A program made the position numbers and the translations under genes. Positions 24,923-39,130 of a stretch of DNA of 64,000 nt are shown one piece after another. This stretch comes from Octopus sinensis (taxonomy: Eukaryota), in contig NC_043002.1 in NCBI RefSeq assembly GCF_006345805.1, positions 62,930,001 to 62,994,000 on the forward strand, written 5' to 3'. The first letter of the stretch is position 1. The number at the start of each line of letters is the position of its first letter. The notes beneath the pieces are model-generated. The model searched no databases, had not been told where the DNA came from, and saw nothing but the letters and a program-made list of their open reading frames with translations.

Positions 24923-26055
24923 CTACTTTAGTGTGTTAATATTAATCACCTATCTCTACCTTTTCCTCTCTTCTTTCTTCACTCCTCCAATTCTCTCTCC
25001 CTCACTCTTACTCAACCTCTCACTCACTCCACCTCTACCTCTCTAACTAATTAACGTATAATAGGCGAACGAACAAACAAATTATTATATAAATGTACCT
25101 ATGTTCTGTTCTGGTTCAAATGTTCTTTTCAACAACAGAGAAGGGGCTTGTTTGAGAAAAAAACAGAGAAACACAGAAAGTCTGAGCCGAACCATTTACA
25201 CACGTCTACATAACAGTACTTATGCTGGTTCATTGCTGGACGTATATTACACAGCTTTAATTATCATTAAAATGTTGTGAAGAACACACTCAGTTAATTA
25301 ACTAATTTTCTATGTCAAAAGCTCATTCTCATGATGATTATTCCGTGATATTAAAACAACGAATGATAGAAGAATTCGATTTTTATGCCATATATTAGTG
25401 TTCCACTCCACTTTTGAATATAATGAAGGTAACTAGGATTTTTTGTGATATTGTGCGTTTCAAGACCAGCCAAATGAAGCAGCCTATTTTCATACAGGAA
25501 TAGAAGAGTTAATCTACAGAATCTGCACTGCCATTGTTATGAAAATTAGACTGACGAGTTCACTTGTGCCGTAGTTTTTTTCTATGTAAGTTCCTAAGTT
25601 TAGCGCGAAACAAAAAAAAAAATAATCGTTCTCCGATGAAAGTGTAAAACGACAAAGACCTATTGAAATTAATCCCAGTTTATCTGCTCATGAAGAGATT
25701 AGAAGCTGTATTGTACCACTTTATTTAGCTGTGGCAAAATAAACACCAGTTTTGGTGAGGCTTTTTCATTTTTTAAAATTTTGTTTTTGTTCACATTGTA
25801 AATAGCAATTGACTAGTAATTTTGCTTTGAAGAGTTGTCGCGTTTTCTGTCGCTGATGATGGTCAAAGTTGATAAGAAACCAACCAGTTTTATCTTTTTG
25901 TGAACTCATAAGAAGATAAAACAAATTTGATTTCCACAGAGAAGCTACAAGTGTATGTTGTATTAGAAAAAAAAAAACGCATGCATACATACCTATGTAT
26001 GTATGTATGTATGTGTGTGTGTATGTATGTATGTATATATATATTATATATATAT

Positions 26056-26143
<88 letters not shown>

Positions 26144-26282
26144 GAGACAGATAGATATAGATATACATGTATTTATATATGCAACGACATATTCGTATAC
26201 ATCCATATAAATATGCGTGTGTACACACACACGTCCAGGAACAAACACACAAATATATAAACACACACACACACACACACAC

Positions 26283-26330
<48 letters not shown>

Positions 26331-27369
26331 TACATACATATGTATGTATTGATATAGATATGCATCTGGCAAATATTATGTATATGTGTATATATTAATG
26401 TTTGTCTCTGTGAATGTGTGCATATATAAGCGTGTTCAGTTATGGGTGTGTGTTTTTGTACTAATCAACTGTACAAATGTGTAATCAATAACTGCGCTGT
26501 GTTAACAAACCATTTCAGTGCGTGTCAACATATAATGTTGAGACATGTTGTCCGGGCATGCGCCGTGTGTCTTTTTCTGTTTACCAGCCATACAAAGTCA
26601 CTTTCAACTTCCCTCTTGTTTTTCCTCTTTATCACCCTCCATCCCCATTCTCTCTTCCTCTCCCTCTCTCTCTCATTGTTGCATTGTGTGAGTTCATTTC
26701 TTTTTTTTTCATTTATTTCTCACAGTTTCTAATTATTTCGATTATGCCTTTTTTTTTTTTTACCTCATTTGATTGTCCAAACTCACTCATCGCTCGCTAT
26801 ATACCTCTTCTCCCCGCTCTCATTCTCATTCTTAATCCTTCGTTATTTTTGTTTCTTCCACATTAAACATGTTTTTATTTCTCAATTTCAACTCAATCTT
26901 TCCTTCACATTTCTCATCATATATCTTTAATTTTAATAGTCCCTCCCATATCTTTTATTTGTCAGTTTCGTGGCCCTTTTCTTTAACTTAATAACCAAAT
27001 TTCTCACCTTTCCACTTTCTCTCCCTTTCAATATAAATCTCTTTATTTTCTACCCCATATTTACTATCCACCGGGGTCTTTAAAATCCCCTCCGTTATTC
27101 GTCTATCATTTTTTTTTCTCTCTCTCTCTCTCACTGTGTCACTTAGTACCTCTCTTGTTCACTGGTTCCTTTTCTCTTTCATTCCCCTCAGCCTTTCAAT
27201 ATTATCCTAGTATTTTCGTTACTCTCCCATCATCTCTTGCCTCGTAATTCTATTTACCACGCTCTTATAAACTCCTTACATTTGTCTCTTTGAATTCTCT
27301 TCGTCTTCTGCTATTACTATACCTCTTTCTCTCTTTCTGTGTCTCTTTTTCTCTATCATTTATTTACTC

Positions 27370-28291
27370 TCTTTCACTTGCTTACTTGTTTCAGTCATTT
27401 GACTGTGGTCAAGCTGGAGCACCGCCTTTTAGTGGAGCAAATCCACCCCAGGACTTATTCTTTGTAAGCCTAGTACTTATTCTATCGGTCTCTTTGGCCG
27501 AACGGCTAAGTAAGGGGAACGTAAACATACCAGCATCTGTTGTCAAGCGGTATTGGGTGACAAACACAGACACACAAACACACACACATATATATATACA
27601 ACCGGCTTCTTTCGGTTTCCGTCTAACAAATCCATTCACAAGGCTTAGGTCGGCCCGAGGCTATAGTAAAAGACACTTGCCCAAGGTGCCACGCAGTGGG
27701 ACTGAACCCCGAACGATGTGGTTCGTAAGCAAGCTACTAACCACACAGCTCAGTCAGACATTGTTGTCTTACTCACTATTTTATTGTCTTTCTTCTCATT
27801 CTGCTTAATACTTTTATCCTTCTTTTTCTCTCACTCACAGCCCACATTCTCTCACGTTGATTACCTCTCCTCATATCTCTTTTACTCTTTTACTCATTTA
27901 CTTGTTTCAGTCATTTGGCTGCGGCCATGCTGGAGCACCGCCTTTAGTCGAGCAAATCGACCCCAGCACTTATTCTTTGTAAGCCCAGTACTTATTCTGT
28001 CAATCTCTTTTGCCGAACCGCTAATTTTCGGGGACGTAAAAACACCAGCATCTGTTGTCAAGCAATGTTACGGGGACAAACACAGACACACAAACACACA
28101 CACACACACATACATATATATACATATATACGACAGGCTTCTTTCAGTTTCCGTCTACCAAATACACTCACAAGGTTGGTCGGCCCGAGGCTATAGTAGA
28201 AGACACTTGCCCAAGGTGCCACGCAATGGGACTGAACCCGGAACCATGTGGTTGGTAAGCAAGCTACTTACCAGACAACCACTCCTGCGCC
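27370..28291 (-). mobile_element. Two near full-length SINE family B copies (27370-27750, 27879-28291)
   Basis: Family B consensus along both copies. Confidence 0.9.
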
Positions 28292-29406
28292 TATATCTCT
28301 TAATCTTTCTTAATATTTCTCTTTCTATCTTTCCTTCTCTCTGACTTGTACACCACTCTCCAACAATCATGAGCCGTTTCTCCTCTTTTTCTCTCATATC
28401 TCTCAATTTTGTCATCAATGCCACTCTTCTGTTCTCTTGTCAATATTTCACACTCTCTCTTTCAGTGGCTTAGTAAGTCAAACGCCCCTTCTCTGCCGCT
28501 CTGTGTCCATCTCCATCATTCTCTGTCTGTCTGTCTTTGTCTGTCTGTCTGTTTCACTCTCTCTCTCTTTCTGAGTCTCTCTCTTGTGCTGTCCAAATCA
28601 TTTATATCTCTTTGTCAAAACCATCTCATTCATTCTAATCTTTGTTTAACTTTCATTCACTTTCTCTCCAGTTTTCAAATGTCATTAACTCGAGACCCCA
28701 TCTCACTCTCCCTATTTCTCCTTCGTCTGCTCCCTGCTGCTCTATTTATCCCATTCTCCAAAACATTCTTATCACATATTGTCTCGCTCCTTCCATTTTA
28801 CTTCTATTTTTATTCCTATTTTCATTATTTCCGTCTCTTCAGACTTTCCAGGTCACTCTCTTTCTCTGTCTCATTCTCTCTGTCTTCCTATCTCCGATGG
28901 TTGTCTTCTTTTTCTCTGTCGTTGTGCGTGTTTCTCTCTCTTTCTCTCTACCTCTCTACCTCTCTCTCTCACTCTCTGTCACCGTCTCTCTTTCTCATTT
29001 CCGACTCCCTTTTCCTGCTATATTGTTCCCAAGAACAAGCATTTGTTAATTATGATACGTTGAAGAAGTGCTGTTTGGACATGTATTAGCTTCCATTATG
29101 TACCAACTTCCATTAACTTATAGCATCTCTCCCCGCTCACCCTCGTTTCCACTCTTTCAATCTCATGAGTATTGACCCTTATAAACTCACCCATCACCAC
29201 CACCACTAACAAAGAATAAAAAAAAAAAAGGAAAAAACATGTTTCTCGCCCTCTTTTCGCCAGGTTAAGTATTACTTAATGTCACGGAAAAGAAATTCAC
29301 AATTCCTGTAAATCACTATTGCTTCCGATATACAATGAGTCGATACAAAACATGTGTTCACTTAAGTATGTATGTATACATGGAGAGTTGATTACACCTG
29401 TACACC

Positions 29407-29510
<104 letters not shown>

Positions 29511-29569
29511 CATACATATAAGCATGCATGCATACATACATATATATATATATATATAATATATATATA

Positions 29570-29625
<56 letters not shown>

Positions 29626-29860
29626 GCATACACTTACATATATAAATATATTTAATGTTCATACTTGCATACACACATATATGTAGTAACGAAGCTGCGC
29701 CGGTGAATGGAGGGCGACAGTTTTCATCGTAAAGTAGTCAGAAAATGAATAGCGATTAATATATTCAGAAAATGTGGTCTAATTGTTCGAAAAATATTTT
29801 TTATGAAAAATCGTTAAAACGTTGGCTGAGGAGATTTAATAATAAAAAAAAACTGTGTAA

Positions 29861-30264
29861 GGTGCCGAGTTGGCAGAAACGTTAACACGCCGGGCGAAAT
29901 GCTTGGCGTATTTCGACTGCTGTTACGTTCTGAGTTCAAATTCCGCCGAGGTCAACTATGCCTTTTATCCTCTCGGGGTCGATTAAATAGCTACCAGTTA
30001 CGATATAATCGATTTAATCCGTTTGTCTGTCCTTGTTGTTCCCTTGTGGGCAATAAAGAAATAAGAAACGTTAGCACGCCAAGCGAAATGCTTAACAGTA
30101 TTTCGTCTGTCTGTGTTCAGAGTTCAAATTCCCCCGAGGTCGACTTTGCTTTTAATCCTTTCGCGGTCGATAAATTAAGTACCAGTTGTATACTGTGATC
30201 GATTTAATCGACTAGCTCTACCTCCCCAAAAATTTTGGGCCATGTACCTAGAGTAGAAAAGAAT
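29861..30264 (+). mobile_element. SINE family A dimer (variant junction retaining more of the second head)
   Basis: caataaagaaataagaaacgttagcacgcc junction; two cores. Confidence 0.85.
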
Positions 30265-30345
30265 ACTAAAAAAAAGCGCTAAAATATAAATACATAACCC
30301 GGCATAGAGCTAATGTATGAATATAGATATATATATATTCGTATA

Positions 30346-30554
30346 TAGTAATCCATCGTCATATCGCGGTTTATCATTCACGATTACCTCAATTCTTCTG
30401 TAGTGTTGTTTTGCATTTATAATAAAATAAATATGTAGAAATTGTAAAATTAATAAAAACAGATATACAGTAAAGTACTGTTTCTATTTCACGGATTTCT
30501 ACCTATCGCGGTTTGTTTTGGAACGTAACATCCGCAATAGTCGAGATATTACTG
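30346..30554 (+). mobile_element. Short Tigger-like MITE, same family as 1569-2300
   Basis: TA-tagtaatccatcgtcatatcgcgg ... gtcgagatattactg-TA; right end matches the reverse complement of 1569-1640. Confidence 0.65.
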
Positions 30555-30570
30555 TACTTATGCCTATACG

Positions 30571-30606
<36 letters not shown>

Positions 30607-30769
30607 TATACCTACATGCATTCATACATGCATACATACATACATACATACATACATACATACATACATACATACATACATACATACATACATACATACG
30701 TAAGTACATATATACATAATACATACATAATACATACATACGTACATCATCAGTCCTGCTTCTCCGCAG

Positions 30770-30835
30770 ACCAAAGATTTGAGCGAGGTCGACTCCAACA
30801 CGGGACCAACTTCGTAGAAACAGAAATGGACGCTG
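30770..30835 (+). CDS. Candidate internal exon (phase 1-1)
   Basis: ctgcttctccgcag|66 nt|gtaaaa, open as (D)QRFERGRLQHGTNFVETEMDA(G). Product unknown. Confidence 0.3.
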
Positions 30836-31699
30836 GTAAAACCTTCCCTGCCATTGTGGATTTGTAGCACAGGGCAAAACAAGCCTTCCGTCCACTCGGT
30901 AAAACACAGTGTAAATGATCCACAAGCACTCGAGCAAACTGAGTCTTCGGCCTCTTCCCTTTTCTAAAAGTTTGAAATGCACCAGCAGGCCTCAAGAGAC
31001 ACATTCGTATCCATAGAACATGGTTGTCTCTTTATTTTACTGAATCCTCATTTATCATTCAAGGGAAGAGAACACATCATATAAACGTAAATATCGAACA
31101 ATGAGAATGAATGCTCAAACACTGTACCAGTTGGATAGAGATTCTTTATTGCTGTACTAAGGCTACCATTGGTTTCACGTTAAGAAATACCTCAAAGATT
31201 ATCAAGCCTATCACAGGGAGTATTGGTGATCGCCTTCATTTTGGATTAAATAGAAACGAACACCGAATTTTCCATGTTAAGCTTGATCATTGTTGAGGCA
31301 TTCCTTAACATGAAACCAATGGTAATTTTAACACAAACGAACATACACAAACACAAACACACACAGACGCACATACACACATATCGTGATCTCGAGATCG
31401 ATTGACCAGTCTATAGAATCTTGTTATGCATCGCTAGTCACAATAAGGTTTATATCGCTTTAGCTTTCAAGTGATGCCACCCCGCTGATCAGGAGATGTT
31501 GTAATCGACTACTGCTTTTCTCTCCAAACTGCCGACCTCGAACTCCGCTACAGACCAGCGTCATAGTCAGAGCGCTGTAGTGTTCTAAGTTAATTACCAC
31601 TGTAGTTGAATAACTGGTAACAAGTTGAGAGTGAAAATGTTGCATAGTACATGGAATGTTCAGGAGAAGGCGCTAAGTTTCTGGCTTCAAGAGTATGGC

Positions 31700-31960
31700 G
31701 AAAGGCCTGGTTGGATGCCTAGCCTTCCAAGTTCTTTTATAGGGCTTAGAAAAGCTGAAAGGCCGCTGCAATAAGTGTGTGTGTCTGAGAGGGGAATATA
31801 TTGAATAAAATCATAATTAAATGATCCTCATGTATTTCCTTTTACCCAAAGCAAGGAACTTTTCAGTACCCTAGGGAAACATGATGAATAAAATCATAGT
31901 TAACTGATCTTCCTGTATTTCCTTTTACCCAAAGCAAGGAACTTTTTAGTAGCTCCTCAT
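31700..31960 (+). mobile_element. Mariner-like transposon 3-prime remnant with duplicated terminus
   Basis: GLEKLKGRCNKCVCLRGEYIE* resembles the mariner C-terminus (GI.KL..RW.KC....G.Y.E). The segment gaataaaatcata..ccttttacccaaagcaaggaactttt occurs twice. Confidence 0.65.
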
Positions 31961-32295
31961 TGTCTATATAGTAGACTGTTGTTGTTCTATGGTTTTCTGT
32001 ACAGAAGCAAGAGATACATACAAGGTAGTGATCAGGTGATGGGCCCGATTATCAGATGTTTTTATATACGATAGGTCAAAATGCACTTTGCAGCATTTTG
32101 GTTTTGAATGATGCCGCCCCAGAAGCTACCGAGTAGGCCAACATTGCCCCTGATGTAAAGGCTAATCCGCACTCGGTTACCCTTTTAAAGCAGAGTGCAT
32201 TGAAGCCACTTGAAATGAAGTGGTTTGCTCAGTTTGCCGGTCGGGGAATCGAAACCACTATCGAACAATTGTGAATGTGATACACCTAACTACTA
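31960..32295 (-). mobile_element. Putative tRNA-derived SINE family D, degenerate
   Basis: Minus strand has tagttagg and ggtttcgattccccgaccgg (A/B-box-like), a GC-richer body, and an (AAC)-like tail. Single copy in window. Confidence 0.4.
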
Positions 32296-33273
32296 CCATC
32301 TCACGTGTTTTCCCGCTGCGCAATACTGTGTACTGAAACGCATTGATGTGCAGAGTAGAACAGAATAGTGTAACATGCTGCAATGTAGCATAGAACAGCA
32401 GAGTGTGTGTGTGTTTGTTTGCATACATGGAATGATATGTAGGCTCTACGTAATGTGTTATATTTCCTCCGGTAAGATATATATCACCTCTTTTGTAAAC
32501 GTTTACACTTAAGCAGACAACCGTCGCTAGCGAATTAATTGCATTGCATGTCTCCACGCGACAAGCAAAGCCAAGATAAATCAGGTCAATTCGAATTCAC
32601 TTAAACACAATTCCTATTAAAAAATATCATCAACGCTCTAGTTAGAAAAAAAAACATGCTAGCGTGCGTAATGATATCAATACCTTAAGCAGTAATAATA
32701 ACACCGATATCTCAGTGTCAAGAGAATGATAGCAACAGATGAGTAATATACCGTGGTATGAAATTGCATGAATTTACAGTTATATTTATTATGTGTCATC
32801 AAAGTAATTAATCATGTGAATTATTATTCAACGTCGGGTAGAAAGCTATACGAGAGCATAATAATCTTAATGTAGAATCTAGTGAATACATGGTAACCTT
32901 ATTTAGTTGGGGTTGCGTAGGGTTAATATGCTTGCATTTAGGGTCAAATGAATATAATCCCAAGAAATTAGGATTATGTTAATTTCACGAAATGTCAATG
33001 TGTAGGCGGTATAACGTTATATTCTATCGTCCATTTTTAAAGAGCGAAGATAATTGCTTCGTTTCCTAATTAGTTACACTGTTCGTACTAGGTTTAAATT
33101 TATTATGAGTTTTCACAGTACTGTTTGTAATGAGTCAGGTGTACACGCATTTTTGAAATGTGTACAAGTGATTTCTATTATTTTCTAGAGTATAAGAAAT
33201 AATTCAAATCTTTCAAGAAAGAAAGATATCCTGCAAAATACACAGTGTATAAGTGTATACACACACACACACA

Positions 33274-33337
<64 letters not shown>

Positions 33338-33452
33338 TCATATCTGCGACAATTTCATCTCTCATATATATTCCAAAACATAGCCACCTGTAAATCGTTG
33401 GTGATTTTTCTTTCTCCGTCTTCATTCTCTATTGGATTTTCCTCTGTCTCCT

Positions 33453-33487
33453 GTTTCTGAAGAAGAGCTTTGCTCGAAACGTAAAAC
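33453..33487 (+). ncRNA. Minimal type I hammerhead ribozyme of Penelope type
   Basis: GUUU-CUGAAGA-A-GAGC-UUU-GCUC-GAAA-CGUA|AAAC. Stem I 4 bp, stem II 4 bp, loopless palindromic ACGU stem III; cleavage after 33483. Lies in a ~260-bp element (33338-33600) flanked by (CA)n/(TA)n. Confidence 0.7.
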
Positions 33488-33831
33488 CACTTTTCATGCC
33501 TTCCCTGAGCGTCTGCTAATACTTTACATATACCACGTGTTCGCGTTGTTGTTTTTATATGTTTGTTCTTCGTTTTTTTTTGGTTGGGTGGGATTTACGA
33601 TATATATCTATATATATATAATTATATATATATAAACATAATCAAATAGGGTAATAAAATAAATTATTATTACCAGTGGCCTAGCACAAAAGACGAGATA
33701 GTCATTAGACTATATATTTTTCGTATAGAAATATAATAAAAGGCTTCCAAATAAGGAAGCGTAGTGCTAGAAACATAAAAAGGGATAAATTCATGAAAGG
33801 AATGAAAATTAAAAACATTTACCATCTCAGC

Positions 33832-33887
<56 letters not shown>

Positions 33888-33895
33888 TATTATTA

Positions 33896-33927
<32 letters not shown>

Positions 33928-33981
33928 GTTGTTGTTGTTGTGTTGTTGTTATTATTATTAATATTATTATTATTATTATCA

Positions 33982-34026
<45 letters not shown>

Positions 34027-34051
34027 TATTATTATTATTATTATTATTATT

Positions 34052-34570
34052 GTCATTTTCATTGTCTTTGCACAGCTTCTAACGCTGGATATGTACTACG
34101 GTGTCAGCTGTTCACTACCAGTGAATTAAGGTAACACCTCTTATTTTTCGACCACCATCCGGAGTATTCGGGCGGTTCCAAGCAATGCTGTTTTCTGCAA
34201 GTGCTCCACCCTTATCGCAGCCCCTATTTGTTTCACATACTTCTCGTGATTTTTGCTCACTGTTCCCAGGGTTCTGACAATTGTTGGTACTACTGCTACC
34301 TTTTTCATCGAACATAAGTGCTTAACTTCCCAAGCTAACCTGTCATATCCCTCGACTTTTCTTTCTTCCTTATCGCATATGTTGTTGTGAGCTGGGCATT
34401 CTATAGCTATGATTCAGCATAGTTTTCTTTCGTTCTTACTTAAGACTGTCTGGCTTTCTATTCTCTATCTCATGGTCGTACTGCATCATAAAATCTCACA
34501 GGATCTTTGCATTATCATTTTCGATGATACCTTCGGGTTTATATTCGTACAAATTTTTTGCTCTGTCAAG
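34052..34570 (-). mobile_element. R4/Dong-clade LINE 3-prime end (RLE endonuclease plus 3-prime UTR) ending in (TAA)n
   Basis: YEYKPEGIIENDNAKIL*DFMMQYDHEIENRKPD..IIAIECPAHNNICDKEERKVEGYDRLAWEVK..LGTVSK..LQKTALLGTARILRMV; PD-(D/E)xK-type pattern. Confidence 0.85.
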
Positions 34571-34758
34571 TCCAGCGCACTGGTCAGTATTTCACCGTCG
34601 CTACGTTCTAAGTCCAAATTCCATCGAGGTCGACTTTGCCTTTCACCTTTAGGGGTCGATTAAATAAGTACCAGTTACTCACTGGGGTTGATGTAATCGA
34701 CTCAGTACCCTCCCCAAAGTTGCCCTTGTGGCAAACATGACAATCATCATCATCATCA

Positions 34759-34826
<68 letters not shown>

Positions 34827-35214
34827 GTTGTTGTTGTTGTTGTTGTTGTTGTTTTTGTAGTAGTAGTAGTAGCAGTAGTTGTTGTTGCTACTGCTGCGGT
34901 TCCTGTATTTCAAATTCCTTTCAGGTTGACTTTGTCTTTCATCTTTTAAGGGTCGATGAAATAAGCATGATTTGAGTACTGAGTTCGATCTGATCAATTT
35001 ACACCTCTTCCCCCACGCGTATTGCTGGGATTGTGCCAAAAATTTGAAACCGTTCTCATAACTGTTATTGTGTAACAGAGCAGCGGATGGTATGTAAGTG
35101 AACTGGGGTACAAATAAACGAAGACCAATATACACACCTTGACTGCACGTCTGATAAAATACCCCGGAAACACGCAACACATATGTGTATATATCTTTAT
35201 GTGTATTTTCTTTT

Positions 35215-35626
35215 ATTCTTTTATTCTTTTACTCTTTTACTTGTTTCAGTCATTTGACTGCGGCCATGCTGGAGCACCGCCTTTAGTCGAGCAAATCGAC
35301 CCCGGGACTTATTCTTTTGTAAGCCCAGTACTTATTCTATCGGTCTCTTTTTGCCGAACCGCTAAGTGACGGGGACATAAACACACCAGCATCGGTTGTC
35401 AAGCAATGCTAGGGGGACAAACACAGACACACACACACAAACACACACATATATATACATATATACGACAGGCTTCTTTCAGTTTCCGTCTGCCAAATCC
35501 ACTCACAAGGCATTGGTCGGCCCGGGGCTATAGCAGAAGACACTTGCCCAAGATGCCACGCAGTGGGGCTGAACCCGGAACCATGTGGTTGGTTAGCAAG
35601 CTACTTACCACACAGCCACTCCTGCG

Positions 35627-35628
<2 letters not shown>
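35215..35628 (-). mobile_element. Full-length young SINE family B (duplicate at 37275-37698)
   Basis: Near-consensus head, centre and (aaagagt)n-type tail. Confidence 0.9.
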
Positions 35629-35685
<57 letters not shown>

Positions 35686-35888
35686 TATATAAACATAATC
35701 AAATAGGGTAATAAAATAAATTATTATTACCAGTGGCCTAGCACAAAAGACGAGATAGTCATTAGACTATATATTTTTCGTATAGAAATATAATAAAAGG
35801 CTTCCAAATAAGGAAGCGTAGTGCTAGAAACACAAAAAGGGATAAATTCATGAAAGGAATGAAAATTAAAAACATTTACCATCTCAGC

Positions 35889-35965
<77 letters not shown>

Positions 35966-36034
35966 TTATTATTATTATTATTGTTGTTGTTGTTGTTGTT
36001 GTTGTTATTATTATTAATATTATTATTATTATCA

Positions 36035-36102
<68 letters not shown>

Positions 36103-36621
36103 GTCATTTTCATTGTCTTTGCACAGCTTCTAACGCTGGATATGTACTACGGTGTCAGCTGTTCACTACCAGTGAATTAAGGTAACACCTCTTATTTTTC
36201 GACCACCATCCGGAGTATTCGGGCGGTTCCAAGCAATGCTGTTTTCTGCAAGTGCTCCACCCTTATCGCAGCCCCTATTTGTTTCACATACTTCTCGTGA
36301 TTTTTGCTCACTGTTCCCAGGGTTCTGACAATTGTTGGTACTACTGCTACCTTTTTCATCGAACATAAGTGCTTAACTTCCCAAGCTAACCTGTCATATC
36401 CCTCGACTTTTCTTTCTTCCTTATCGCATATGTTGTTGTGAGCTGGGCATTCTATAGCTATGATTCAGCATAGTTTTCTTTCTTTCTTACTTAAGACTGT
36501 CTGGCTTTCTATTCTCTATCTCATGGTCGTACTGCATCATAAAATCTCACAGGATCTTTGCATTATCATTTTCGATGATACCTTCGGGTTTATATTCGTA
36601 CAAATTTTTTGCTCTGTCAAG
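36103..36621 (-). mobile_element. Duplicate of the R4/Dong 3-prime end
   Basis: Copy within the second duplication unit. Confidence 0.85.
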
Positions 36622-36845
36622 TCCAGCGCACTGGTCAGTATTTCACCCGTCGCTACGTTCTAAGTCCAAATTCCATCGAGGTCGACTTTGCCTTTCACCT
36701 TTAGGGGTCGATTAAATAAGTACCAGTTACTCACTGGGGTTGATGTAATCGACTCAGTACCCTCCCCAAAGTTGCCCTTGTGGCAAACATGACAATCATC
36801 ATCATCATCATCATCATTATTATTATTATTATTATATTATTATTA

Positions 36846-36885
<40 letters not shown>

Positions 36886-37696
36886 GTTGTTGTTGTTGTT
36901 GTGTTGTTGTTGTTGTTTTTGTAGTAGTAGTAGTAGCAGTAGTTGTTGTTGCTACTGCTGCGGTTCCTGTATTTCAAATTCCTTTCAGGTTGACTTTGTC
37001 TTTCATCTTTTAAGGGTCGATGAAATAAGCATGATTTGAGTACTGAGTTCGATCTGATCAATTTACACCTCTTCCCCCACGCGTATTGCTGGGATTGTGC
37101 CAAAAATTTGAAACCGTTCTCATAACTGTTATTGTGTAACAGAGCAGCGGATGGTATGTAAGTGAACTGGGGTACAAATAAACGAAGACCAATATACACA
37201 CCTTGACTGCACGTCTGATAAAATACCCCGGAAACACGCAACACATATGTGTATATATCTTTATGTGTATTTTCTTTTATTCTTTTATTCTTTTACTCTT
37301 TTACTTGTTTCAGTCATTTGACTGCGGCCATGCTGGAGCACCGCCTTTAGTCGAGCAAATCGACCCCGGGACTTATTCTTTTGTAAGCCCAGTACTTATT
37401 CTATCGGTCTCTTTTTGCCGAACCGCTAAGTGACGGGGACATAAACACACCAGCATCGGTTGTCAAGCAATGCTAGGGGGACAAACACAGACACACACAC
37501 ACACACACAAACACACACATATATATACATATATACGACAGGCTTCTTTCAGTTTCCGTCTGCCAAATCCACTCACAAGGCATTGGTCGGCCCGGGGCTA
37601 TAGCAGAAGACACTTGCCCAAGATGCCACGCAGTGGGACTGAACCCGGAACCATGTGGTTGGTTAGCAAGCTACTTACCACGCAGCCACTCCTGCG

Positions 37697-37755
<59 letters not shown>

Positions 37756-38440
37756 ACATAAGCTAAATTATATATCATTCGCTATATCTGAAACATACTT
37801 TTGAGAAGGGACCTCTTAACCTCAATAAACAAGAGAACACCCATCAAATTCTTGCCATTTTGAAATAGAAAAGAATGCACACATATGTGCGCAGCATGGT
37901 GACCTCACAAAAAGATAAAAGCTAGATTCGTTTGGAGTATATGTAGAATAAGAGTTTATAAAGTTTAACACAGCAAAACGACGAAGTACGTGAACTTTTA
38001 TGGGAAATGAATGAAGAAAATATCAAATGAATATATAGGGGCGAGGGGAGACAAGCACTGTAGGAGAATTAATGTAAATATCATGACTGTAGAACGGGGA
38101 ATTTCATAGTGTTAATGAATAGGTGTGCTGGACAATACGGCAGATAATTTTGTGTGAAGGTTAAAAGTCACTAGGTTATTATTCCAAATATCAAATAGCA
38201 TGGAACAAATTTTCATCAATTACTAGAACAGCATAAGCAGCAGCAACAGCAGCAGCAGCAGCAGTTGTAGTAGTATTAGTAGTAGTGGTAGTAGTAGTAG
38301 TAGTGGTGGTGGTGGTGGTGGTGGTAGTAGTAGTGGTGGTGGTGGCGGTGGTATTAGAGGTAAGTTAAATTAGGAAGACAAGAGATTATTTTGACTTTGA
38401 TAATGAATACTGTGATAAGATTACAAAATTTAACATGCTA

Positions 38441-39130
<690 letters not shown>

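Larger units (their letters stand above)
33634..37751. repeat. Tandem duplication of a ~2.06 kb unit (33634-35690, 35691-37751)
   Basis: Both units start aaacataatcaaataggg and end cctgcgccta(TA)n. About five point differences outside microsatellites. Confidence 0.95.

Noticed and set aside
30750-31004. Minus-strand ORF resembling a piggyBac C-terminal Cys-rich tail (GKRPKTQF..CVLPSGRKACFALCYK)
   Set aside because: Key cysteines are missing, no TTAA or TIR was found, and the plus-strand exon reading competes.
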